A stretch of DNA of 64,000 nucleotides from Cellvibrionales bacterium (GCA_042090785.1 JBELIP010000008.1:18763-82762); one strand, 5' to 3'; positions 51,748 to 62,340 are shown, counted from the first letter of the stretch. Program-made: numbers and translations. Notes: generated from the sequence alone by a model not told the origin.

Positions 51748-54612
51748 ATGAAACGCATGCTTATTAATGCCACACAGCCCGAAGAACTTCGGGTTGCCAT
51801 GGTAGACGGTCAAAAACTCTATGACCTTGATATTGAAAACCGTACCCGCGTACAAAAGAAAGCCAGCATTTACAAAGGCAAAATCACCCGTGTAGAACCC
51901 AGCCTCGAAGCCGCTTTTGTCGACTTTGGAGCCGAGCGTCACGGCTTTTTGCCATTAAAAGAAATTGCTCGCGAATACTTTTACCGCTCACCCCCGAATA
52001 GTCAGGGACGAATGAAAATCAAAGATGTCGTTAAAGAAGGCACCGAGGTTATTGTTCAAGTTGAAAAAGAAGAACGTGGTGGTAAAGGCGCAGCCCTTAG
52101 CACCTTCGTTAGTTTGGCTGGCCGCTACATGGTGCTTATGCCAAACAACCCTAAAGCCGGTGGCATTTCACGCCGTATAGAAGGCGATGAACGAGATCAG
52201 CTTCGCGACGCCATGAGTGACCTAGAAATCCCTAAAGGTATGGGCGTTATTATCCGTACTGCGGGCATAGGCAAAAGTTCAGAAGAGTTACAGTGGGATT
52301 TAAGCTACCTTCTCACCATCTGGGAAGCCGTGCAAGGTGCTGCAGAACCTAAACCAGCCCCTTTCCTATTATTCCAAGAAAGTAATGTGATTGTTCGCGC
52401 CATTCGTGACTACGTCCGTAACGATATCGGCGAAGTATTAATTGACGGTGCTGACGCCTACCAAGAAGCCTCGCAGTTTGTTGAAAAAGTCATGCCGCAC
52501 TACGCCAGCAAAATTAAGCAATACAGCGGTGAAATTCCACTCTTTAACCGCTATCAAGTGGAAAGCCAAATTGAAACGGCTTTTCAACGTGAGGTACAAC
52601 TCCCTTCTGGCGGCTCAATAGTGATTGACCCGACAGAAGCCATGGTATCTATCGATATTAACTCCGCTCGCGCAACACGCGGCAGCGATATTGAAGAAAC
52701 CGCACTGCAAACCAATTTAGAAGCTGCTGATGAAATTGCTCGTCAGTTACGCCTCCGAGACATGGGCGGCCTAATTGTTATCGACTTTATCGATATGTCC
52801 TCTAATCGTAATCAACGCGCCATAGAAAACCGCATGCGTGATGCGCTAGAAGCGGATCGCGCTCGCGTACAAGTCGGTCGTATCTCGCGCTTCGGTTTAT
52901 TAGAAATGTCACGCCAGCGCCTTCGTCCTTCGCTTGGCGAGACCATTGCCACTGTCTGCCCTCGCTGTGACGGGCAAGGCACCATTCGTGATACTAAATC
53001 ATTAGCATTAGTTATTCTTAGACTCATTCAAGACGAAGCCCAAAAAGATCGTAGCGCAGAAATTCGCGCCATGGTGCCCGTTGATGTCGCCACTTACTTA
53101 TTGAACGAAAAGCGCTCAGCTATTCGCCAAATTGAAAAAACCAATGAATTGCGCGTACTGGTTATTCCTAACCCAGCATTAGTAACCCCTCATTACGAAG
53201 TTGTGCGCTTACGTGATGACGACAACGATGCCGGTGAAGTGGTTAGCTACGATATTGCACATGATGCCGAAACTGAAGAATCAATTTTAGACGCAAGAGA
53301 AGTCACTATTGAGCAACCCGTTGCTGCAGTTCAGCCGTCTAAGCTAGCCAATCAAGCACCTAATCGACCAGCGCAAACAGAAGCGCCTGCCTCTAACGCT
53401 AGCAAAAAGCCCGGCCTACTCAAACGCATCCTAACGGCATTGTTTAGTAGCCCAGTTAAAGAGGAAGCTAAGCCAGCAGCCAAATCAAAACGCTCATCGA
53501 ATCGCAACAATCGTGGCAACAGTAATAAACGTCGCCAAGATCAACGCGGCAATCGTAACAATGCTAAAAACCGCAATGACAACAACCAAAACAGAAATAA
53601 AGACGACGGTGGCAAAAAGCAGCGTGATAATCAACAAGAGTCTAAAAAACCGAACCAGAATAAAGAGCGTCGCAGTGCGAACGATGACAATGAGAGTCCT
53701 AAACCTCGCTCTAATCGTCGCCGAGGCGGACGTGGACGCAGTAATGAAGCCAATAAGAATGCAGAGAAAACACTGAATGATGCAGTAGCAGCAAATTCAG
53801 AAACCACTGCTAAGGATTCAGCTGATGCGCCAAGAAAGCGCCCTGACAACCAACGCGCACGCTCATCGCGTGGACCTAGACGCCGTGGCGGCAGACGCAG
53901 TGAAGCCAGTAACGAAGCTAAAGCGAATGATGTAAACGGTAACGTTGCAGAAGAGTCAACAAACGCTCCAGCACAGACATCAGCAGCCGTAACTTCAAAT
54001 GAAACGGTAGCTGCGGTTACTGAGCAAGTTAATCAATCATCAATAACAGCTCCTGCTGCAGTTGAAACCATTGTAGAAGTGAATGCGCCAATTGCAGAAG
54101 TTACACCAGCGACAACCGCTTCAGAAACACCAGTAAACGAAAATGTTATAGCTGCAGAAACAGTGACTAAAACTGAAGCTGCGCCTATTGCTGAAACGTC
54201 TACTGGTGAAGCTTCTGTTGTTGAAACTTCTGTTGTTGAAACTTCTGTTGTTGAAACTTCTGTTGTTGAAACTTCTGTTGTTGAAACTCCTGCTACTGAA
54301 GCAACCGAAATTAAATCTACCGAAGCTCAGCCCGTAAAAGCTGCTCCAGTAGAAGAAGCACTAGAAGAAAAAGTGGCTGTAGTAAACACAACTACAGAAG
54401 AAGTAACATCGAGTGACTCAGCCTCTGACAGACCTGATCAACGTGCAGGCAACGATCCTCGTGTTAAGCAAGCAAAGAAAGCTGAACATCAAATTGCAAC
54501 CAGCACACTTGAAATTAACGTTAGCCAACCATTAGTCGCTGACGCTGCTGATTTACCGGTTAAAGATGTAAAACGCGCCTCAAATGATCCAAGAGCAAAA
54601 CGAACATCTTAA
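51748..54612 (+). CDS. rne: Ribonuclease E
   Basis: The start was trimmed to the ATG at 51748. This gives [30 protein letters not shown], nearly identical to the E. coli RNase E N-terminus. It has a catalytic half with the Zn-link CPRCDGQG and a long low-complexity Arg/Asn/Lys-rich and acidic C-terminal half. Confidence 0.97.
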   Translation: MKRMLINATQPEELRVAMVDGQKLYDLDIENRTRVQKKASIYKGKITRVEPSLEAAFVDFGAERHGFLPLKEIAREYFYRSPPNSQGRMKIKDVVKEGTEVIVQVEKEERGGKGAALSTFVSLAGRYMVLMPNNPKAGGISRRIEGDERDQLRDAMSDLEIPKGMGVIIRTAGIGKSSEELQWDLSYLLTIWEAVQGAAEPKPAPFLLFQESNVIVRAIRDYVRNDIGEVLIDGADAYQEASQFVEKVMPHYASKIKQYSGEIPLFNRYQVESQIETAFQREVQLPSGGSIVIDPTEAMVSIDINSARATRGSDIEETALQTNLEAADEIARQLRLRDMGGLIVIDFIDMSSNRNQRAIENRMRDALEADRARVQVGRISRFGLLEMSRQRLRPSLGETIATVCPRCDGQGTIRDTKSLALVILRLIQDEAQKDRSAEIRAMVPVDVATYLLNEKRSAIRQIEKTNELRVLVIPNPALVTPHYEVVRLRDDDNDAGEVVSYDIAHDAETEESILDAREVTIEQPVAAVQPSKLANQAPNRPAQTEAPASNASKKPGLLKRILTALFSSPVKEEAKPAAKSKRSSNRNNRGNSNKRRQDQRGNRNNAKNRNDNNQNRNKDDGGKKQRDNQQESKKPNQNKERRSANDDNESPKPRSNRRRGGRGRSNEANKNAEKTLNDAVAANSETTAKDSADAPRKRPDNQRARSSRGPRRRGGRRSEASNEAKANDVNGNVAEESTNAPAQTSAAVTSNETVAAVTEQVNQSSITAPAAVETIVEVNAPIAEVTPATTASETPVNENVIAAETVTKTEAAPIAETSTGEASVVETSVVETSVVETSVVETSVVETPATEATEIKSTEAQPVKAAPVEEALEEKVAVVNTTTEEVTSSDSASDRPDQRAGNDPRVKQAKKAEHQIATSTLEINVSQPLVADAADLPVKDVKRASNDPRAKRTS
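54193..54297 (+). repeat. 15-nt in-frame tandem repeat inside rne (VETSV units)
   Basis: There are seven consecutive 15-nt units. Four are identical (gaaacttctgttgtt, 54223-54282), one differs by a single base (gaagcttctgttgtt, 54208-54222), and the units at each end are degenerate. Confidence 0.9.
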
Positions 54613-54682
54613 TAGCGGCAGTTTACGGTGAAAAAGGCCTTGCCAGATAAAAATGGCAAGGTATACTTGCGCCTGATTTTTC

Positions 54683-54772
54683 GGAGAGGTGGCTGAGTGG
54701 TCGAAAGCACTGGTCTTGAAAACCAGCGACGGTTTATCCCGTCCCAGGGTTCAAATCCCTGCCTCTCCGCCA
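54683..54772 (+). tRNA. tRNA-Ser (anticodon UGA)
   Basis: The hand-folded cloverleaf has acceptor GGAGAGG/CCTCTCC + GCCA, anticodon stem CTGGT/ACCAG with loop CT-TGA-AA, a long variable arm GACGG...CCGTC, and T-arm CAGGG-TTCAAAT-CCCTG. Confidence 0.93.
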
Positions 54773-54773
54773 T

Positions 54774-54804
54774 AAAAAAAAACCGACGCAAGTCGGTTTT
54801 TTTA
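54774..54804. terminator. Bidirectional intrinsic terminator after tRNA-Ser
   Basis: ACCGAC-gcaa-GTCGGT is flanked by an A-run of 10 As on the left and T7 on the right. Confidence 0.75.
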
Positions 54805-54828
54805 TGTCCGTCGTTTAAGCTCTAAAAT

Positions 54829-55707
54829 CTAAGTTAAATAGCCAAACCTCACTAAAAAGGCTTTTAATTGCGCAAGGGTCTCTAAATACCATTTACCCCC
54901 ATTTCGGTTTCTATTAAAGAACCCATGACCAGCCCCCTCGTAAGCATGCAATTCACAATAGCCACTCACCTCTTTAATCTTGTCGCAATAAACCAATGCC
55001 GAAGAAAATGGTACTAGGTCGTCCTTTTTACCGTGGACAATAAATGTGGGAACTACGCCCTCAGTAAGCTGCTCGTACGGCGATAAGCCCTTAGCGACAC
55101 GTGGGTATTTTCCGGCAACCGCAGGGTTAAATAAAGCCACAGCATTGGGTTTGCTACTAACGGTTGCCGTTTTATCAAACTCTGCCACCGTTGCCGTTGC
55201 CGCCGCAAGATAGCCACCCGCTGAGCCACCCGCAGCAACCACCCTATTAGCGTCAAGGTTTAATTCTTCTGCATGCTCTCGCAACCATCGCACAGCCGAT
55301 TGCGCATCAGCAATAGCCTCTGACGGCCCAGTGTTATGACGTAATAGAACACGATAATCGGCGATGACGGCTAACATACCCTGCTCACTCAACGCTTTGG
55401 CTTGAGAAACAAACTGCCCAACGCTACCGCTTCTAAGCGCACCACCAAAGAAAAAAATAATTGCCGGCTTAGCCGCTATCGGCTTATCCTGTGCAGACAC
55501 AGACTCCATGCCAAAAACATGTAATCTCAATTTAACATCATCAATCACTTTATAGGTAAAGCTTTCGCTACCTGGCAAAAAATCAGGATTGGGAGGCAAT
55601 GTTTTTTTAGCCGCTATAGATAGCACTGGCATAAAACTTATTGCACCAATTAAAACAAAACTAATGATAGAAAAAAAATTGCTTACAACGGCTGTTTTTA
55701 TTCGCAT
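54829..55707 (-). CDS. Secreted alpha/beta hydrolase (esterase/lipase fold-3 type)
   Basis: 292 aa with a signal peptide, an oxyanion-hole region (IIFFFGGALRSG), the nucleophile elbow AAGGSAGGYLA, and a C-terminal His (GAGHGFF). Confidence 0.8.
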   Translation of the reverse strand: MRIKTAVVSNFFSIISFVLIGAISFMPVLSIAAKKTLPPNPDFLPGSESFTYKVIDDVKLRLHVFGMESVSAQDKPIAAKPAIIFFFGGALRSGSVGQFVSQAKALSEQGMLAVIADYRVLLRHNTGPSEAIADAQSAVRWLREHAEELNLDANRVVAAGGSAGGYLAAATATVAEFDKTATVSSKPNAVALFNPAVAGKYPRVAKGLSPYEQLTEGVVPTFIVHGKKDDLVPFSSALVYCDKIKEVSGYCELHAYEGAGHGFFNRNRNGGKWYLETLAQLKAFLVRFGYLT

Positions 55708-55760
55708 ATTAGATCCAATATTATTGAGTCACATAAATAAATATTTTGTAGAAAACAAAG

Positions 55761-56897
55761 CTAACTATAACGCTTTATTAGATTTAAATCCATCGGCATC
55801 AGTTCAGGAAAAACCGTATTCAATTGACGACTATTTAATTGCCAATGCTGTTTTAAAATAGCACTTATCCATTGGCGATTATCTGAAGTAGGTGCGAGGT
55901 CACGACCTTGATAAAGCTTGTTTTTATCAAGACCAGGCCACTGACCATACACATGACCGCCACGAATAGCTCCACCCGCTAAAAACATTGCGCTTGCCGT
56001 ACCATGGTCTGTGCCACCTGTGCCGTTTTCAGCAACGGTACGCCCAAACTCGGTGGCTACAATCACTACTGTATTTTGCCATTGGTCACCAAGGCCTTTA
56101 CGTAAACTAGCAAGCCCCTGGTCGAGCTCGGAAAATTTTCGGCTTAAACGACCCACCTGCCGCTGGTGTGTATCCCAACCGTCTAGCTCTAACATGCTAC
56201 AGTCTGGACCATTCGATGCACGCATCAATTTACCGCAAGATAAGGCCAAATTAGCAAACTGATGGTGACGTTTAGGCGCCGCCATATCACCTAACTTTTC
56301 TTGCGTATCTAACCCCATTTTCAAACTATTCAGCAATTGATCATCATTGGCATAAAGACTTTGTAAACGGTCGTAAAGGTCTTCGGTAGAATCGACAAAT
56401 TTATCGGGATACCATGTTTGAGAGGCATGCTTACCGCGTAAACTAATTGGCACACTATGCGCAACAGCCAGCGACTGCCCCTGATACATATCAACGGCGC
56501 GATTAAGCCAACCACTCTCGGTATCCGCCTGGCTATAACCTGACTCTAAAACGTCCTGCGCACGAAAATGAGAACGAGTATTTGCACCCGAACTAGTAGC
56601 CACCACAGCAATTAATTCTTGCTGCTGATAAAGCTGTGAAAAAGTAGACAGTGATGGATGCAAAGCAAAGCCTCTTTCTAACGGATGCACACTGTCTTTT
56701 ACTGCATTAACAAAATTTTTTCGATACCTTAGCAATGCGGGGTCAGCCATTGGTAATACAGCGTGCAAAGAATCCATAGCGCCACGCAGCATTATCCATA
56801 CCAGCTTGGGGCGCTGAGTCGTCGATGCCAATACCGAGGGGGTATGCCAACAAACTAAACTGCTGCCCAGTGCACTTATAAATTGTCTTCGCTTCAT
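55761..56897 (-). CDS. DUF1501 protein (sulfatase-like fold) with Tat signal
   Basis: 378 aa with a twin-arginine N-terminus (MKRRQFISALGS...VLA) and the DUF1501-type motifs TEFGRT...GTGGTDHG. Confidence 0.8.
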   Translation of the reverse strand: MKRRQFISALGSSLVCWHTPSVLASTTQRPKLVWIMLRGAMDSLHAVLPMADPALLRYRKNFVNAVKDSVHPLERGFALHPSLSTFSQLYQQQELIAVVATSSGANTRSHFRAQDVLESGYSQADTESGWLNRAVDMYQGQSLAVAHSVPISLRGKHASQTWYPDKFVDSTEDLYDRLQSLYANDDQLLNSLKMGLDTQEKLGDMAAPKRHHQFANLALSCGKLMRASNGPDCSMLELDGWDTHQRQVGRLSRKFSELDQGLASLRKGLGDQWQNTVVIVATEFGRTVAENGTGGTDHGTASAMFLAGGAIRGGHVYGQWPGLDKNKLYQGRDLAPTSDNRQWISAILKQHWQLNSRQLNTVFPELMPMDLNLIKRYS

Positions 56898-56944
56898 CAG
56901 ATATCCTCTAACGATATTAATATGTATTAGTTGAAGCCTTTCAC

Positions 56945-58402
56945 TTACCGTCGCTGAAACTCTGGACTCAAAAATAACAAGGTACGCGCCTGCCGAGCAG
57001 TTTCTGCTCTTTTAATCGCAAGCAGCGTTGGCTCAGAAACATGATCGGCAAGTAATTGCTGGCTTAGCGCGAGCACTGTTCCATTCAATTTTGGCGTCAC
57101 AATATTTAATCGGTTAACCCAATCAATACGCTTCATTAACGCATCCGATCCTGTCCAAGCTTCGGCATTAGCCGAGTAACCTGCTGGCGAACCCGCATTA
57201 AAGGGAGCCTGCCCCATCTCATTCAAGTGATAGATAATGCCATTAAAGAAGTTTTTCGGCTTATTCGGCTGTGCCTCAATAGCCCGTAGCACAGACACAA
57301 CAAATTCACGTGGTGTCTTGAATTTTTGTTGCTCAAGCTGCCAACTATCATCATGCTGAACCAATGCAGTAATAACCGCATGTAAGTCGCCATTGGTTTT
57401 TTGCCAAGTATCGGACATGGCATCAACCAACTCGACGCTTGGCTTGTCACTAATCAAATATTGCGCCAACTTGTAAGATACAAAGCGAGCTGTCGATGGG
57501 TGCCTGGCAAGATCTTTTAGTATCCTCTCGCCCTGCTGAGTCGATCTTCTTTCTTTATAATTTTTTCCTAACAGCCTTCTTGTTCCCGGCTCATGCATGT
57601 TTTCACGATAAACAAAACCCTTTTGCTTTACATCCTTGGGATGGCTCACACTCCAACCACTAATCGCTTTCGCTAAAGTTTGAATATCACCAATACGATA
57701 ACCACCATCAATACCTAAGGTGTGTAACTCTAAAATTTCACGGGCTAAATTTTCGTTTAAACCGCGCCCTTTATTATTGCGCCGCGCTTTAGAACGACGC
57801 CCCACTGTCGAGTTAGGACCCGTTGATTGTGCGTTATCTAAATAGAGCAACATGGCAGGATGTTTAACAACCGCAATCAGCATATGCTCAAAACGGCCAA
57901 AAAGATGTGGCGCAATAGCCTCGCGCTCTAACAGCGGAGCCAAAACATTTAACTGGACTGTGCTACTCGACACACTAAAGTGATTAGAAAAAAAATCCAG
58001 CAAACGAATATTAAAAGGTTGGGAAGTTTCTACCGACTGCCACAGACTATCAACGAGTAATTGCTTTTGTGTCTGACGCATCTGCTTAGCATAATTTGTC
58101 ATACCGCCCGTTTTTGCAGTGCCAGATTTAATGCCAGACATTGCACTTGCAGCCATGTCATTCTGCATTTTATTGCGCATAACACGAGTAGCGCGATGAG
58201 CCGAGAATTGTTTGAAAGCAAGCTCTGTATTAACTAACTGGTTATTAATAAGCGGCGTATTAAATTGCGGACTAACCATTTGCTTAAGCAACCAGCTCTT
58301 AGGGTTAATAGCTGCTTGCTCAAGCTCATTAGGCCGTGCACCTAAACCAAAACGGTTCACCGCTATAACTGCCTGTTGAAATTGATTAACTTGCAACGTC
58401 AT
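56945..58402 (-). CDS. DUF1800 protein
   Basis: 485 aa with an N-terminal NRFGLGARP motif and ELHTLG. It shows the usual pairing with a downstream DUF1501 gene. Confidence 0.75.
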   Translation of the reverse strand: MTLQVNQFQQAVIAVNRFGLGARPNELEQAAINPKSWLLKQMVSPQFNTPLINNQLVNTELAFKQFSAHRATRVMRNKMQNDMAASAMSGIKSGTAKTGGMTNYAKQMRQTQKQLLVDSLWQSVETSQPFNIRLLDFFSNHFSVSSSTVQLNVLAPLLEREAIAPHLFGRFEHMLIAVVKHPAMLLYLDNAQSTGPNSTVGRRSKARRNNKGRGLNENLAREILELHTLGIDGGYRIGDIQTLAKAISGWSVSHPKDVKQKGFVYRENMHEPGTRRLLGKNYKERRSTQQGERILKDLARHPSTARFVSYKLAQYLISDKPSVELVDAMSDTWQKTNGDLHAVITALVQHDDSWQLEQQKFKTPREFVVSVLRAIEAQPNKPKNFFNGIIYHLNEMGQAPFNAGSPAGYSANAEAWTGSDALMKRIDWVNRLNIVTPKLNGTVLALSQQLLADHVSEPTLLAIKRAETARQARTLLFLSPEFQRR

Positions 58403-58447
58403 ATATTCAATCGCTCTTAGATAATCAGATATTTAACAATCAAAAAA

Positions 58448-59854
58448 TTAGCCTTGCATGGCTTCTAACTCTATACCCTTGGTTTCGCGCACATAAACAA
58501 AAATGAAGATTGCCGATATAGCCGCACTTAATGCATAGAATCCGTAAGCGCCCGCTAAACCGATGCTCGCCAACATAATGGGAAAAGTCATGGTAATAGC
58601 AAAGTTTGTCGACCATTGAAACAGGCCACTTACCGCTAGCCCAGAGCCACGAATTTGGTTAGGGAACATCTCGCCCAACATCACCCACATCACTGGGCCC
58701 CATGACATATTAAAGATAAATACGTAAGCGTTAGCCGCAATGAGTGCCAATGGCCCCCACTCGCCTGCATTTAAATCACCGTTAGGTGCAACTTCCGCAT
58801 TCAAAAATGCAACCACCATTAGTCCTAACGCAATTGCCATGCCGACAGAGCCCCATTGCAGCAAGGGCTTTCGGCCAATCTTATCAACCAGTAAAACAGT
58901 GACAACACAGGCACAAATACTTACAGCACCGCTAATAATATTAATTAACAACGCATCTGATTCAGAAAAACCGACTGCCTGCCAAAGCACAGCACCGTAG
59001 TAAAAGACAACATTAATACCCACTAACTGCTGAAACACAGCAAGACCAATGCCTATCCAAACAATTTTTCTAACCCGCCCAGAAGACTTCTCAATAAGAT
59101 CAGATAATTTAGGTGCATGATTTTCGATGGCCATTGAAGCTTTTATCTCTTCTGCCTTATTAGCACCTGCTGCTGCACCATATAGTTTTGTTAGCACCGC
59201 AAGACCAGCTTCATGCTTACCCGAGGCAATTAAAAAACGAGGACTTTCTGGAATAAAAAATAATGCAATTAAAAACAACGATGCAGGCAACAGTTCTATC
59301 CAAAACATCCAACGCCAAGCATCAAATCCCAGCCATAATTCAGCGGTAGAAAGTCCTGCTAAGTCAGCTAACAGATAGTTACTAACAAACGCCATAAATA
59401 AACCGCTAATAATAGCGATTTGCTGAATAGTCGTTAACCGCCCTCGATAACGTGCTGGCGCCACCTCACTGATATAAGCCGGCGACATAACGGATGCGGC
59501 TCCAACGGCTAAGCCACCAATAATTCGATAAACAACAAACTCAAGCGAACTCGTCGCAATACCCGAACCCCAAGCACTAACAATAAAAAATAGCGCCGAG
59601 CAAATGAGTAAGTTTCTACGACCAAAACGATCGGCTAAACGGCCGGCAAAAAAAGCACCCGCTGCACAACCGAGCAACATACTCGCAACATTAAAACCGG
59701 TTGCCACACTGTCCGACTCAAATGCAGACTTCAGACCATCAATCGTGCCATTAATAACACCGCTATCAAAACCGAATAAAAAACCGCCAATAGTGGCAAC
59801 AATACTAATTAGAATAATGAAGAAGGTGTTATCTTCGCTCGCTGTTGTCGTCAA
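58448..59854 (-). CDS. MFS sugar porter (XylE/GalP-like sugar:H+ symporter)
   Basis: 468 aa with about 12 TM segments and sugar-porter signatures: GFLFGFDSGVINGT, GRLADRFGRR, PESPRFL and VRETKGIELE. Confidence 0.9.
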   Translation of the reverse strand: MTTTASEDNTFFIILISIVATIGGFLFGFDSGVINGTIDGLKSAFESDSVATGFNVASMLLGCAAGAFFAGRLADRFGRRNLLICSALFFIVSAWGSGIATSSLEFVVYRIIGGLAVGAASVMSPAYISEVAPARYRGRLTTIQQIAIISGLFMAFVSNYLLADLAGLSTAELWLGFDAWRWMFWIELLPASLFLIALFFIPESPRFLIASGKHEAGLAVLTKLYGAAAGANKAEEIKASMAIENHAPKLSDLIEKSSGRVRKIVWIGIGLAVFQQLVGINVVFYYGAVLWQAVGFSESDALLINIISGAVSICACVVTVLLVDKIGRKPLLQWGSVGMAIALGLMVVAFLNAEVAPNGDLNAGEWGPLALIAANAYVFIFNMSWGPVMWVMLGEMFPNQIRGSGLAVSGLFQWSTNFAITMTFPIMLASIGLAGAYGFYALSAAISAIFIFVYVRETKGIELEAMQG

Positions 59855-59992
59855 GGTGTGTTCCTCTTAATTGTTATTAGGTAAAAGTTAAGCGCAAAAT
59901 TATAAAGTAAAATAGCCTTTTTGTATAAACTGAACAAGCGGTATTCATAAACCAGCAAACTTACAATAAGTTTTTATTTAATTATTAAACAA

Positions 59993-62323
59993 TCACTTTT
60001 TTCGTTGACCGCTTACCACACCTAAACCTAATATCGACAAGCCCATGAGCCATAAACCTAAATGACCTAGCATGGGTATTTCAACAGCATCGTCGCAAAC
60101 ATTTCCTATACCGTTATTATCACTATCCGATTGATCGCCATTAGCAATCGCAGGACAATTGTCTACCGAATTATCAACCGCATCACCATCGGCATCACCC
60201 GTTTCTAGGTAACAAACAAAAGTGCTACTGCCGTAGGGAGGGTTTAGAATACAAACAGTGCCACCGCTTGCTGCTACTCTCGAATCATCATAGGGATAAT
60301 CATCACAAGCATCACCTGCACTATCACTATCGATATTAGCTTGATCGACATTAGCAATATTAGGACAGTTATCAACATTGTTATTTATGCTATCGCCATC
60401 ATCGTCAACCACCTGAATTTGTAAAACCAGCGTGTCACTGACAAAGCTAACTGGCGCTGAACCTTGGGTGACGATTGAAAAATCATCGATATAATATTCC
60501 TTGCCTGAATTTGGGCTTGACGGGCCCTTAATGTAAACAAAAATATCTGTACCCGCCGTGTTATCCACGTTAGAGTGCGTGTAATTACCGCTTAACTGAA
60601 CCCAATCTTGATTGGATGCCGTCACTGCGGTAGAAACGTTAGTGTACACCGGCGATCCGCCAATAATACTTTTAATAACGATTTGCGAAGTACCCGAAAC
60701 ATTTTCACCTAATTTAACCCAAACAGAAAAGGTGTAGCTCTGCCCTACCGTTAGCAAATCATCTAAAACCAATCGAGGACTGGAATAATTAAATGAACGG
60801 TCACTTATAAATAAACTGCTACTGCCTGACTTTGCTTCGGCACTCGACAGATTCACCGTCGAGCCAAAAGCAAACCAATCATTGAATCCGTCTTCAAAAC
60901 TAGTGGCAGAAACGGCATCAAGCGTAGCAGGAATCACTTGATAGTCATTAAACTCGGTACTTACACCAGCAGCCGTTACGGTAAAATCATAAAGTCCATT
61001 AAATACGCCATCTTGCGCAGCCCACTCTGCGTTACTGTCAAGCGTTTGCCCGATCAATTGCGTCATCCACTGCCCTTTAACTAAATCAAACCAAGGGGCT
61101 GCTTCTGCCTTAACATTCCAACTCTCATCATATAAAGGTGCATTACCGCGCCAATGACCTGGATCCCAAAATCCCCACATAATAAAACCATCAATATTTG
61201 GATTTTCAAAGGACACTTCTAAAAAATCTTGAAACATCTGCTGCTGCTGTGCTGGCGTTAGCTGATATTCATCGTCACGCGAATCAAATTCTGTTATTTC
61301 AATACTTAAACCTGTTTCGGCAAGTATATTGATGCGGCGATTAATATCCGCCTTAGAAATATCTGTGCGTGAGATATGCGCTTGCACACCAATTTGATCG
61401 ATAGGTGCGCCCGCTGCTAGTAATGCATTAACAAAATCACGGTATTCAATAACCGCATTATCATTCGGCGCATTAACAATGCCGAATTCATTAATCGAAA
61501 AAGTGCTATTAGGTCGGATTGCTCTTGCTCGAATAAAAAAATCGGCTAACGTAGCAACTTCGTTAGGATAAATACCCGCGCCAGTAAAAACGGTTGCAAA
61601 GTAATCGTTGTGGATAGGCTCATTCAATATTTTCCACTCAGAAATCGTTGGCCCAACGCCCGTATCACTAAAGCGACGAAGAATACCCGCTTCACTAAGA
61701 CGATCGTTAATTAAAGTCGAATGAAAAATACTGGGGTCTGGCGACGCCTCAGGACGAAACTCATCAGGTGTCGGCCATCGGTCACGCGGCCAGACCACGG
61801 ATGCCCCCGTAACCCCCAGACCATTGGACTGCACTAAAGAAATAACAGTATCGGGAACACTTGGGCCGTTTGTATTGTATTGCGTCCACTGCATACCCGT
61901 GGTCGGCACCACGTGATTAAAATTATCCCAAATAGCTTGTCGGTAATTGACCGCATCGGCCCAGCTAGGAACATATCTGTCAGCTTGCGTACTTGGTAAA
62001 TGGGGGCCTTGATTGACTGATACCGTTGTTAGATCTGGCAATAGACCTCTCTTCTGCGTAACCGACATCGCATTAAATTCAGCCTCAGTAATTGCAACAA
62101 GACGATCGCGAATTTGTGTGCCAAATTTATAAGCATGCTCTTTCATCTGTATATCAACAACAGCATCTGGCACAGGATCACCATTAGTATCGATAACGCG
62201 AATACTTAGCGCGGTCTTACGATGCGATAAATCCTGTGCGAATAACGCAACACTTAACGACGCCGTTGTAAAAAAAATAACAACACGTAAACCGTATAAA
62301 AAACGCTGACCTTTATTTATCAT
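59993..62323 (-). CDS. Secreted multidomain GH10 glycoside hydrolase (putative endo-beta-1,4-xylanase) with CBM, two thrombospondin type-3 repeat blocks and a C-terminal sorting tag
   Basis: 776 aa with a signal peptide. GH10 motifs are present: YKFGTQI, WKILNEP (acid/base Glu), GVQAHIS and IEITEFDS (nucleophile Glu). A CBM4_9/22-like block (FEDGFNDWFAFG...YTFSVWVKL) follows, then DxDxDxxxDxxDNCP repeats and a hydrophobic tail ending in RKK. Confidence 0.8.
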   Translation of the reverse strand: MINKGQRFLYGLRVVIFFTTASLSVALFAQDLSHRKTALSIRVIDTNGDPVPDAVVDIQMKEHAYKFGTQIRDRLVAITEAEFNAMSVTQKRGLLPDLTTVSVNQGPHLPSTQADRYVPSWADAVNYRQAIWDNFNHVVPTTGMQWTQYNTNGPSVPDTVISLVQSNGLGVTGASVVWPRDRWPTPDEFRPEASPDPSIFHSTLINDRLSEAGILRRFSDTGVGPTISEWKILNEPIHNDYFATVFTGAGIYPNEVATLADFFIRARAIRPNSTFSINEFGIVNAPNDNAVIEYRDFVNALLAAGAPIDQIGVQAHISRTDISKADINRRINILAETGLSIEITEFDSRDDEYQLTPAQQQQMFQDFLEVSFENPNIDGFIMWGFWDPGHWRGNAPLYDESWNVKAEAAPWFDLVKGQWMTQLIGQTLDSNAEWAAQDGVFNGLYDFTVTAAGVSTEFNDYQVIPATLDAVSATSFEDGFNDWFAFGSTVNLSSAEAKSGSSSLFISDRSFNYSSPRLVLDDLLTVGQSYTFSVWVKLGENVSGTSQIVIKSIIGGSPVYTNVSTAVTASNQDWVQLSGNYTHSNVDNTAGTDIFVYIKGPSSPNSGKEYYIDDFSIVTQGSAPVSFVSDTLVLQIQVVDDDGDSINNNVDNCPNIANVDQANIDSDSAGDACDDYPYDDSRVAASGGTVCILNPPYGSSTFVCYLETGDADGDAVDNSVDNCPAIANGDQSDSDNNGIGNVCDDAVEIPMLGHLGLWLMGLSILGLGVVSGQRKK

Positions 62324-62340
62324 AGAAAAACCTTTTAAAA

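Noticed and set aside
54193-54297. Possible CRISPR-like or VNTR array
   Set aside because: The units are contiguous 15-nt repeats without spacers, in frame within rne. This is a coding tandem repeat, not a CRISPR array. No CRISPR-like repeat-spacer pattern was seen anywhere in the window.
54609-54791. 60-aa minus-strand ORF in the track
   Set aside because: It lies antisense to and entirely over tRNA-Ser and its terminator. It is an artefact of the tRNA sequence.
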